DNA of 64,000 nucleotides, taken from contig CAYPLY010000001.1 in assembly GCA_964412025.1 (NCBI GenBank), positions 4,797 to 68,796 on the forward strand, read 5' to 3'. The position numbers and the translations under genes are program-made. This stretch comes from Candidatus Woesearchaeota archaeon. Its GTDB lineage: Archaea > Nanobdellota > Nanobdellia > Pacearchaeales > GW2011-AR1. A model generated the notes under the pieces. The model was not told the origin of the DNA, ran no database searches, and worked only from the letters and a program-made list of their open reading frames with translations. Below are positions 12,601 to 19,108 of the stretch, piece after piece (position 1 is the first letter of the stretch; each line of letters starts with the position of its first letter).

Positions 12601-15600
12601 GCGAGTGGTCAGGCAATTTATATTTACAATTCTTCATATATGAATTTAACTGAAAACAAAGCAACAAGTACTTCCTCAAGCGGTATTTACATAGAAGAAT
12701 CTTCAGATAATAACACTTTAACATCAAATAACGGAACTAGTTATGCTGCTGATAATTTTGGAATTGTATTGGGAACTTCCAGCAACAACATCCTTACAAA
12801 CAATACTGGTATGAATGTAAATAATGGAATTGGAATCTATATTGCAGTTTCTTCAAATAACAATACTTTGATTAATAATACGGCAATTTCAAATACAGGA
12901 CAGGGGGTTTATATTTATTCTAATTACAATAACACTCTTATTAATCAAAAAGCATACGGTGGTCTGGGGGTCTTTATAATAAATGCAAATTCTACAACTT
13001 TCAGAGATTGTGTTGAGATATCCGGGACAACTTTTGATGTAAATTTATTTTCAACTCCTTTAAGCAAGAACAACACTTTCATAAACTGTTCTTATGATAC
13101 GGAAACTGTTGGAGGGACAGATAACGAGCTAATAAGAAAATGGTATTATCAAGCATATGTTAATGATACTTCAGGAAGTTCAGTTTCAGATGCAAATGTA
13201 ACTTCATACAATGCAACAGGAGTTCTTCAATCTACAGCTCAAACTAATTCTTCTGGTTGGATTTCAAGACAGGAAGTTACAGAATATGTAAATACAGGAG
13301 GAACAAGAAGTTTCTATAATAATTATTCCATATTTGCGAATAAATCAGGATATATTAATGATAGTAATGAGTTTAATTTTACAATAACGCAGAATAAGGT
13401 TAATGACTGGTTTACTTTGGAGGGAGGAGGTCCAGCAGACTGTACAACAATTGGTAACTCAGGAATATTAGATACTGATAATGCATTTTATACCTTGACA
13501 GAGAATATCTCATCGCAGGGAACATGTCTTGATGTTGTAGCTGATAATGTTACAATTGATTGTAATGGATATTGGATAAATTATTCAATAAATGGACAAA
13601 GCGGGGATCATGGTATCTACACTAATCAGTTTAATACTACTATAAGGAACTGTAATATTGTTGATGGGAATTGGACAACTTCAAATACAGGAAGGTCTGG
13701 AATATATTTTAGTGGAGTTATAAACGGAACTATACAAAACAATTCTATTAATATAAGCAACACTCTAGGTATTCTTTTAAATTATAAGTCTTCAAATAAT
13801 ATCTTAATCAACAATAATGTTTACAGTTTTTCTGGAACTGCAATAAGCATTTACAATTCTACTAATAATTTATTGGAAAATAATACCGGGATAAGTAATT
13901 CAAGCTACGGAATCTCTTTACAATATTATGATGAGGGCAATATCTTAATAAATAATACTGGGATAAGTAATACAAGTAATGGAATTTATGTTTATTACTC
14001 GCATACAAATAATCTAACTAATAATAATGCAACAAGCACTTCTAATCATGGGATGCTTCTTGATCATTCAGACAATAATACCTTAACTAATAATAATGGA
14101 ACCAGTTTAGAAGATAGCAATGGAATTTATATATATCCTTATTCAGAGAATAATACCTTAATAGGTAATATTGGAACTTCTTTAGAAGGAGGAGTTGGAA
14201 TATCTCTTTGGTCTTCAGCAAATAATACTTTAATAAATAATACTGGTTTAAGTAATAGTAGCCGTGGAATCTTGCTTGCGTATTCAAATAATGTTACTCT
14301 AACAAATAATACTGGAAGAAGTAATTTTGCCCGTGGAATAGATATTCAATCCTCAAATGAGAGTGCTTTAATAGATAACGAAGGAATAAGTTTAGCAGGA
14401 AGTTACGGAATTATTGTTTATACGTCAAAGGACAATACTTTAATAGATAATATAGGAACAAGTAATACAAGCAACGGAATCTCTATACAATATTCTTCAA
14501 ATATCAATTTAATAAATAATACGGGTATAAACAACTATCAAAGCCAAGGATTCCTTATATATTACTCTAATAATAATACTCTTATAAATAATACTGGAAG
14601 AAATCTTGATTATGGTAATAGAGGACTTTATATTAGTAATTGTTTAAATAACACTGTAATAAATCAAATAGGAACAGGAACCAGAGGTATTGCAATATCT
14701 GGTTCAAATCATACTTTGATTCGAGATTGTATTAATGTTACTGGAAGAACCAACGATGTTTATATTAGTGATGCAAGTACTAATGTAACTTTCATAAATT
14801 GTTCTTATAATTACACTCCGGAATATGTTGGGGCTGGTAGCGAACTAATCAGAAAATGGTATTATCAAGCTTATGTAAATGACAGTTCTGGGGCTGCAGT
14901 TGAAGACGCGAATGTAACTGCATATAATATAACAGCGCAAATTCAATTCACAGAACAGACTAATGGAAGCGGGTGGATCGGAAGGCAGGAAGTTATTGAG
15001 TATATTAATACAGCTGGAACAAGGAGTTATTACAATAATTACACTATAAATGCAACAAATACCACTTTTACAGAAGATCACATATTCAACTTTACAATAA
15101 CACAGAATAAGGTTGACGACGTGTTTACATTGGACGATTCAGGTACAGCAGATTGTAATACAATTGGAAACTCCGGAAAATTGGATGTCGAGGGGCAAAC
15201 ATATACTTTAACAGAAAATATTTCCTCTCAGGGAACATGTTTAACCGTCTCTGCTGAAAATGTTACAATCGATTGTAATGGGTATTGGATAAATCATTCT
15301 ATAAATGGAACAGATGCAATGTATGGGATATATTCAAACCAATTTAATACAACAATAAAGAATTGTAATATTATTGATGGGAATTGGTCAATAGGTACTC
15401 AAAGCAGAAGAGGGATTTATTTGGTTTCGAGTCATAATTCTACTCTATTTAGAAATTTCATAAACGAAAGTAATTCTCAGGGGGTTTATACTAGCGGTTC
15501 GAATTATATGAATATTACCAACAATACGATTTCTTCTTCTTCTAGCCAGGCAATAAGGTTGTCTTCTTCTCATTATAATATTTTGGTTGGAAATAATATT

Positions 15601-17565
15601 AGGGCTTACTCCTTATATGGTACTGCTTTAACAAGCGGTTCAAGTAATAACACATTTATTAATCACACCTCTAAAAGTAATACTGATTCTATACGCTTTG
15701 AATCAAGCGCCAATGGTAATTTATTCATAAATACAAACTCTTCGGGTAAATATGCATTTCATTTTGAAGATAGTAGTTACAATAACATCACAGATTGTAT
15801 TTATGCGAGCGGGACTCTCGAGGATGTGTATGCCGAGTTTGAGACAATAGGTTCTGCTGGAAATATTTTCTTAAATTGTTCTTATGACACTGAAAATACT
15901 ACAGGCGAGGTAAATCAGATTATAAGAAAATGGTACTATCAAGCTTATGTAAATGATACCTCGGGAAGTGCGGTTGAAAGTGCAAATATCACGGCTTATA
16001 ACACAACCGGAGATTTGCAGTTTACAGCTTTAACAAATTCAACAGGGCATATTTCAAGACAGGAAGTTATTGAATATGTGAATGCTTCTGGGACGGTAAG
16101 TTACTACAATAATTACACAATTTTTGCAAATAAGACAGGTTATGTTGGAGATATAAATGTCTTCAACTTTACAATAACTCAGAATAAGGTTGATGACTGG
16201 TTTACATTAGATGAAAATACTCCTCCACAGATAATCTCGGTTTATAATTCAACTGAAATGACAGATATTTCATCTGGACCTAATGAAGGACCTGTTGTAA
16301 CGTATGTTTTATTGAACTTTACAGCATATGATGAACAGGGATTTGATAATTTGGATGATAGCTCGGTACAGGTAAATTTCTCACTAGCGGGTGAAAGTTC
16401 AAGGGTTAATTCAAGCTGTGCATTGTTGGGAGACTATGATACAAACTATGCAAATTATACTTGTAATGTAACAATGTGGTGGTGGGATGCTCCTGGAACA
16501 TGGTCTATAAATGCTTCTATAGAAGATGTTGATGGAAACTCTGGATTTAATGATTCAACAACTTTTGCAGTTGGTTCAACAACTGGTTTTTTAGCTAATT
16601 CTACAAATGTTAACTGGCCAGATATTCCTCCGGGTGCAACTAATATAGAGGCATTATCTCCTATGTTGTTAAACAATACGGGAAATGAAGAAATAAATGT
16701 TGAAGTTAATGCAACTAATCTTACTGGAGAAAGCTATTCAAATTATGCTTTGGGAGCAAGTAACTTTAGTGTTCATACTTCTCCTGGTTGCGGAGGAACT
16801 CAAATGTTCTGGTATCAGTACACAACTGTTGTTGGAGCTGTAATTCCTAAGGGAAATTATAGTTTAAATGATGGAACTGCTCAGGAAACAATTTATTTCT
16901 GTTTAGAAGAATCAAATGCCAATTTAATCTCGCAGGCATATTCAACAACACAACAGGGTAGTTGGACAATAAGAATATTCCTTGTTGCAGTTACATTTGG
17001 AAGGAGAAGAAAGAAGAAAGGAAAAACAGGGACAATTGAAAAAGATAAACTTCTGAAAGCAATAAATCTTGTTTCAGAAGAGATGAAGGAAGAATATTCT
17101 CCTGAAAAAGAACAGGTAATTAATATCTTGGTTAAGGAAGTCAAGAAAAAATACAGAGTGAACAACAAGGAAATATCTGAATTTATAATCTCAAAGAAGG
17201 AAATAGAAGTATCTATAGATGTATTCAGTAAAAATCTTGGAGCATTAGAAGCTCTTGTCAAATATATGAAAGAAAACTTGAATATGAATTATGTTGAAAT
17301 CGCGAGAAGACTTGGAAGGGATGAAAGGACAATATGGACAGCTTATAAGAAAGCAAGTGATAAACATAAAGAACCTCTTAAGATAAAAGAGAGTGGATTT
17401 ACCATTCCAATTGAGAGATTAGGAAATGAGAAACTAACAGTGTTAGAAGCTATTATAATATATTTAAAAGAAAAAGGAAAGAAATATTCTGAAATTGGTA
17501 AATTGTTAAATAGAGATCAGAGAAATATCTGGACAATATATTCGAAAGCGATTAACAAGAGATAA
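3628..17565 (+). CDS. giant (4645 aa) cell-surface beta-helix repeat protein
   Basis: A single uninterrupted ORF. It opens with a cytoplasmic segment of about 95 aa followed by one TM helix (LALFFGVLFLGGFIFAALSL). It contains at least six copies of an acidic S/T/E-rich repeat (core SYSETETP[SL]KEESSPSQ[EG]ESLTE), a Gly-rich tract, five tandem units of about 62 aa (VFYKDSSWYLISGE..GNFYGFAWDGTQWLPNSTINASLP), and four mega-repeats of about 570 aa made of PbH1-like NNTLINNTG beta-helix turns plus RKWYYQAYVND..ISRQEV modules. N-x-S/T sequons are extremely dense. A C-terminal domain is paralogous to ORF 17616-18539. It ends with a hydrophobic/RRRKKK segment and a tandem HTH tail. Confidence 0.85.
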   Translation: MGRTRLAKALVSSLQRNKEASQSRKNELVDYLKRLNQAHANKQISGAKYVETLTKKTNGRNIKEWVDYYENYSKNCEKAIERQKAKVIRNRVLALFFGVLFLGGFIFAALSLDYSSIGLTGFFVGEGFQEQEYSQIIGLITNESTNYELNLENPGQLSSVKINGEIKGEGEIKVYLNDLLILDSSKIKSKSSSPKYNSPLTGMIIEETETITTDSQTTTSEDSYSETETPSKEDSSPSQEESLTETTNSQTISSEVSYSEEKIESEVPLQEESSPSQEEPQASESLDKTLDDTPQTENESISYSETETPSKEESSPSQEESLTETNQSYPQRNQTEDIETNEREVQTNVTYEQESNETQSNISYSETETPLKEESSPSQGESLTENIFNEFCEDTCNLEKLNLTNSSYTLRVEIEGNVTLRLGSIDYSIILEEVPLISENITVNTVQYDAVLGKPVKWKKQIELPEKGNVKVELPKGSEKIVVSKIIDRESYSEKEASQKEESSPSQGKLLTENRKVKEKSNSIEVLIEDNSDLYEIEYETPAPYSSEEETEKGKKVIIAGSEEVHYENVLAFTNLSESLDIRSPSELKIYWIEEEVYLPAERVEDKDNNGFYDYVEWIVPHLSNQTFLITIQSGTEGKDAHIDSSTPNRNFGASTSMIISNTERMLLEFDLSDVTETANIVNANLTLYLSSAGTGTNPISVYRINNSWIEGTGDSQNTYDGVTWTNRSGTESWDIPGGDFDSRVWAIRNLTTAGTYYTLDITQLVQNWVNGTYENYGIILYGENGHGQWHFPSSDNINATIRPQLNITYNESQVPVINSVSIPSTIREGENLSLTANITDNLEVEGAIIEIDNLNYSLGQNPQTISNVAIIRPAAKGTIETNRVVNYLNSYDNNNDTSSGINAVNPLLTIKTSGVSVAGIINSVKVKVIHSKLSYDTIGYLHWASSNGGEEQGLTHEFNSTSETPEITEFDVTSERDWSFADFNLLTEIHLNNSDSTLKIYEVWFEVNYTTPASNDLWNGTIDTSRLSAGNYTYTIFANDSSDNLANYQNNFTILPQLVLVNVSMNDAQGNFQEAEVIIYNTESQEVEMNSTMTESELISVEEGEKNILINPVGTPVFQIEYENTLIENYTEGIIDIDQPSEVENFTKVYALNPHLNTNATVTAFATGNELYKCKDWNFTNQSCYGEWIKVMDITPGEEYNFTLSPEDPAFAEVIVIIFAHHLNSTRDFISDIYQEVVLLDDIWSEEIPDGDYVRVTFESNLTSDRDITIYPRIVSGTPRIEIYEVNESTLIAEFNPIINNSYNKRFLTSLIGEQDTFDLRIIGGSVEFDYIVDPPDYLSCVSGTCIAVFNITTGANTWQVPTEVTEIMIEAWGGGGAGGGSISNGYGGGGGAGGQYAKRNLTVTPSTTFNIFIASSITGGTGDGSQGYNTSFFNSTGNYVVAMGGEGGKGGINKAAGAGGLGSISGGVGTTIYGGGNGYTGSSSGGGGGGGSGTTGWGGNSTSATGGTGTSIGGGDGGAGNTDASGDAGLNYGGAGGGGERAGGTNGVGGTGAQGMLKITYAEPVDLTSPQYNSVSVNNTLAGQITNFAINVTDNIALHPNGQYIFSTNNTGVWINDSFWQKDLTINASLPDIGTNSKPSVFYKDSSWYLISGIQSGEFFGFAYNGTNWLPNSTINASLPDIGSNTNPYVFYKDSSWYLISGEAGGNFYGFAWDGTQWLPNSTINASLPGIGISSVPSVFYKDSSWYLISGERDGNFYGFAWDGTQWLPNSTINTSLPNLGETSFISPYVFYKDSSWYLISGENTGNFYGFAWDGTQWLPNSIINASLSKTISKSSPSVFYKDSSWYLISGDTNGIFFGYKYSDATNFTSTPSWANVTKTLNSTSGMVVGYRWYFKDSYSTPNYNSTPVYTLTTTPYYGILNVSIILPENYSGYFTGNTNLTINASVTCVGGAYCGTVSATARYNLSSASPDTNINISEGGSPFYNLGSGGEDIYVYNFSGITNPSSTHKATNGSCSSFVSFQPNNQYEFYNEGYSNLVFIDGFVTKTSLPSGFGSNKPYEKFDFKILESKDSINEINLSIYGRSYSSSDYQFTVFVYNYSGGIMGDPWKQVSSINLEGFQYHNLTFNKTTSPNIDEIIGSDGIIQILVKGYSDIVSTSIEVDFIEIKVNGSRGASNPQTSSVILNEGESFYPNWTINVTSTTPNQEYLLDVLFNSSYGNSNVLDNNTEDRRIILNPGAGSSECGSLDIENKSCTLTGNISSLENGFNITAQNITLDCGGNYIIGSNVPNSKGILINSSNVTITNCKFSNFPIDIYTLNGNNITLYNITGGSEYGLIVNGTTNSNFTNISFNNVTIAGILVTNNSHNNTFTDININSSAHGIYVEGGQSNTFDCANGLINYSQGGGGWYFGITSNQFNTTIKNCNIFNSNRTTTYSYSMGIQLTGSSNSSLYNNYVDSGSSAGIYVTNSHFNLLVNNFGSSVNNQGLRLESSYNNLLINNTGSSSSNGGIGITGSTSHSNTLINCTARGGNTGGMYFTTSSHDNEIINLNASGSRAVRITGSSNNTIRDCLSISGTSADVYISNDAGGINSSFVNCSYDLSKEIFEDAVNELTRKWYYMAYVNDSSGNPVENANITAYNSTGDLQFTALTNSTGHISRQEVIEYFNDAGTRSYYNNYTINANKSGYINDSNEFNFTITQNKVDDWFTLTEEAAGPADCNTIGNSGILDTDNGVYTLTENISSQGTCLTVAAANVTIDCNGYWITFSTDGATGTRGIYSNQFNTTIKDCNIIDGNWTTPDSWRAGVFFTIGADYGLIQNVSTNVSNCHGIDINGGSGIRVYNSTGRTKDYHGIIIWTDASNITLLNSTGISNTSVGIGIYGNNNSIYNSTGQSTYNSYGIYLPSVSNNLISGCNASSDSNHGIFAQNSTNNTLINNNITSNSGGGIVIYSYSTNNTLINNNVSTNSGSAIYILALSNNNTLLRNNATTNSASGQAIYIYNSSYMNLTENKATSTSSSGIYIEESSDNNTLTSNNGTSYAADNFGIVLGTSSNNILTNNTGMNVNNGIGIYIAVSSNNNTLINNTAISNTGQGVYIYSNYNNTLINQKAYGGLGVFIINANSTTFRDCVEISGTTFDVNLFSTPLSKNNTFINCSYDTETVGGTDNELIRKWYYQAYVNDTSGSSVSDANVTSYNATGVLQSTAQTNSSGWISRQEVTEYVNTGGTRSFYNNYSIFANKSGYINDSNEFNFTITQNKVNDWFTLEGGGPADCTTIGNSGILDTDNAFYTLTENISSQGTCLDVVADNVTIDCNGYWINYSINGQSGDHGIYTNQFNTTIRNCNIVDGNWTTSNTGRSGIYFSGVINGTIQNNSINISNTLGILLNYKSSNNILINNNVYSFSGTAISIYNSTNNLLENNTGISNSSYGISLQYYDEGNILINNTGISNTSNGIYVYYSHTNNLTNNNATSTSNHGMLLDHSDNNTLTNNNGTSLEDSNGIYIYPYSENNTLIGNIGTSLEGGVGISLWSSANNTLINNTGLSNSSRGILLAYSNNVTLTNNTGRSNFARGIDIQSSNESALIDNEGISLAGSYGIIVYTSKDNTLIDNIGTSNTSNGISIQYSSNINLINNTGINNYQSQGFLIYYSNNNTLINNTGRNLDYGNRGLYISNCLNNTVINQIGTGTRGIAISGSNHTLIRDCINVTGRTNDVYISDASTNVTFINCSYNYTPEYVGAGSELIRKWYYQAYVNDSSGAAVEDANVTAYNITAQIQFTEQTNGSGWIGRQEVIEYINTAGTRSYYNNYTINATNTTFTEDHIFNFTITQNKVDDVFTLDDSGTADCNTIGNSGKLDVEGQTYTLTENISSQGTCLTVSAENVTIDCNGYWINHSINGTDAMYGIYSNQFNTTIKNCNIIDGNWSIGTQSRRGIYLVSSHNSTLFRNFINESNSQGVYTSGSNYMNITNNTISSSSSQAIRLSSSHYNILVGNNIRAYSLYGTALTSGSSNNTFINHTSKSNTDSIRFESSANGNLFINTNSSGKYAFHFEDSSYNNITDCIYASGTLEDVYAEFETIGSAGNIFLNCSYDTENTTGEVNQIIRKWYYQAYVNDTSGSAVESANITAYNTTGDLQFTALTNSTGHISRQEVIEYVNASGTVSYYNNYTIFANKTGYVGDINVFNFTITQNKVDDWFTLDENTPPQIISVYNSTEMTDISSGPNEGPVVTYVLLNFTAYDEQGFDNLDDSSVQVNFSLAGESSRVNSSCALLGDYDTNYANYTCNVTMWWWDAPGTWSINASIEDVDGNSGFNDSTTFAVGSTTGFLANSTNVNWPDIPPGATNIEALSPMLLNNTGNEEINVEVNATNLTGESYSNYALGASNFSVHTSPGCGGTQMFWYQYTTVVGAVIPKGNYSLNDGTAQETIYFCLEESNANLISQAYSTTQQGSWTIRIFLVAVTFGRRRKKKGKTGTIEKDKLLKAINLVSEEMKEEYSPEKEQVINILVKEVKKKYRVNNKEISEFIISKKEIEVSIDVFSKNLGALEALVKYMKENLNMNYVEIARRLGRDERTIWTAYKKASDKHKEPLKIKESGFTIPIERLGNEKLTVLEAIIIYLKEKGKKYSEIGKLLNRDQRNIWTIYSKAINKR

Positions 17566-17615
17566 TAATATTTATAAAGCTAAATAATTTAAATAATTGA
17601 TAGGTTAGTAAAAAG

Positions 17616-18539
17616 ATGAAAAGAGGAATTTATGTTTTTGTTCTGTTTTTTGCAATTTTATTAACTTTGTCCATGGTTTCTGCTGGAGGCTTTGATGAAT
17701 TTTGGGATAAGATTACTGGAAGAGCTACTACTCAGGATGTTAGTTTAAGCGTAACAGTAACTGGTGGAAGTGTACCTGTTGTAGTCGCAGTGTATAACGA
17801 GACCGCAACAAGTATGCAAAGTGGTCCAAATGAGGGTCCTGCTCCAACTCATGTTATTGCCGTTTTTAGAGTAAATGATCCTGATGGAATAGGAAATTTA
17901 GATAATTCATCTGCAGTTATGAATTTTTCTTTGGCAGGTGAAACTACAAGGCAGGCAACGTGCACTTTTGTTGCTGGGCAAAGTACTTCAACCCAAGCAA
18001 ATTATACTTGCAACGTTACAATGTGGTGGTATGATGCACCCGGACAATGGACTATTAATACCTATATAGAAGATTTAAGTGGAAATTCTGGATATAATAG
18101 CACTTCAAAAAATGTTTATGTTGGAACAACTGATGGACTTTTGGCAAATCAGACTTCTTTGACTTGGCCTTCTATAAATCCGGGGGCAGCAAATACAGAA
18201 GCGAATGAATTTATGGGATTAAACAATACTGGAAATAGACCTAGATCATTATATGTTAATCCTTCAGATCTTCTTGGAGATGTTAATGAGAATTATGCTT
18301 TGGGTGCAAATAATTTTAGCGTTAAGAATGCAACAGGATGTGAAGGTACTCTTATGGTGAATAGAACCGATACAAATATAACCTCTGTTGCTGTATTTAA
18401 TAGAGGTAATTATACTTTGAATGATGGAACTGCACAGGCAAATCTATATTATTGTCTTGAGACTTCAAACTCAAACTTAATTGCACAGTCATATTCAACC
18501 GGTGCTCTTGGAGCATGGATAATAAAGACAGGAAATTAA
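17616..18539 (+). CDS. secreted protein paralogous to the C-terminal domain of the giant protein
   Basis: Signal peptide MKRGIYVFVLFFAILLTLSMVSAGG. The block SGPNEGPAPTHV...NFSLAGETTR...ANYTCNVTMWWYDAPGQWTIN...LNDGTAQANLYYCLE aligns with giant-protein residues near its C-terminus (SGPNEGPVVTYV...NVTMWWWDAPGTWSIN...LNDGTAQETIYFCLE). Confidence 0.7.
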   Translation: MKRGIYVFVLFFAILLTLSMVSAGGFDEFWDKITGRATTQDVSLSVTVTGGSVPVVVAVYNETATSMQSGPNEGPAPTHVIAVFRVNDPDGIGNLDNSSAVMNFSLAGETTRQATCTFVAGQSTSTQANYTCNVTMWWYDAPGQWTINTYIEDLSGNSGYNSTSKNVYVGTTDGLLANQTSLTWPSINPGAANTEANEFMGLNNTGNRPRSLYVNPSDLLGDVNENYALGANNFSVKNATGCEGTLMVNRTDTNITSVAVFNRGNYTLNDGTAQANLYYCLETSNSNLIAQSYSTGALGAWIIKTGN

Positions 18540-18540
18540 A

Positions 18541-19071
18541 ATGAAAACAATTAAAAAAGTATATCTTAGTATGATAGTTCTCCTAGCAGGAGTTCTTGTC
18601 ATGGGGAATGTTTTAGCTTTTGCAGTTTCTTCAATGTATTGGGAAGAGAATCCGTTATCTATTAATCCAGGAGAGACTCAACAGGCATACATTGTTCTGC
18701 AGAATATGGCAGGAACAGAGAGTGTTAGTGCTAGAGTGGGTATTTTAGAGGGATCTGAGATAGCAACCTTAGATGAACCTGGAAAGATTTACGAGGTTCC
18801 TGTTGGACAGAGGGTCGAGGTTTATTTTACTGTTAATGTTCCAGAAGAAAGTGAGATTGGAGGAGTACAGAACGTTGTTTTTGATGTTTCTACGATTGCT
18901 AGTCAAGAAGAAGGGCCGATGACTTTTGGTTCTGGTGCTCAGAAATTAGTTCCAGTTTTGGTCTCTGCTGAGCCGAGAGAAAAAATCTCTCCTTGGTTAT
19001 ATTATGTTATTGCAGGGATAGTATTGTTTGGGATAGTGGCTTTGGTGGTTCTTAAAAGTAAGAGAAAATAA
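18541..19071 (+). CDS. small membrane-anchored surface protein (N-terminal signal/TM, C-terminal TM with KSKRK tail)
   Basis: Its start lies 2 nt after the stop of the previous gene. Hydrophobic N-terminus; C-terminal segment ISPWLYYVIAGIVLFGIVALVVLKSKRK. Confidence 0.55.
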   Translation: MKTIKKVYLSMIVLLAGVLVMGNVLAFAVSSMYWEENPLSINPGETQQAYIVLQNMAGTESVSARVGILEGSEIATLDEPGKIYEVPVGQRVEVYFTVNVPEESEIGGVQNVVFDVSTIASQEEGPMTFGSGAQKLVPVLVSAEPREKISPWLYYVIAGIVLFGIVALVVLKSKRK

Positions 19072-19108
19072 ATAGAATAACTTTTTAATACTGCTTTGCT
19101 TTATCTAA

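Noticed and set aside
4364-17261. Short ORFs inside or antisense to the giant gene (4364-4612, 8033-8305, 11750-11944, 14087-14287, 14845-15081, 16455-16676, 16893-17261)
   Set aside because: Each is embedded in the continuous 4645-codon frame whose repeats and motifs are coherent. The E-rich 8033-8305 ORF is just the off-frame reading of the GGN-rich block.
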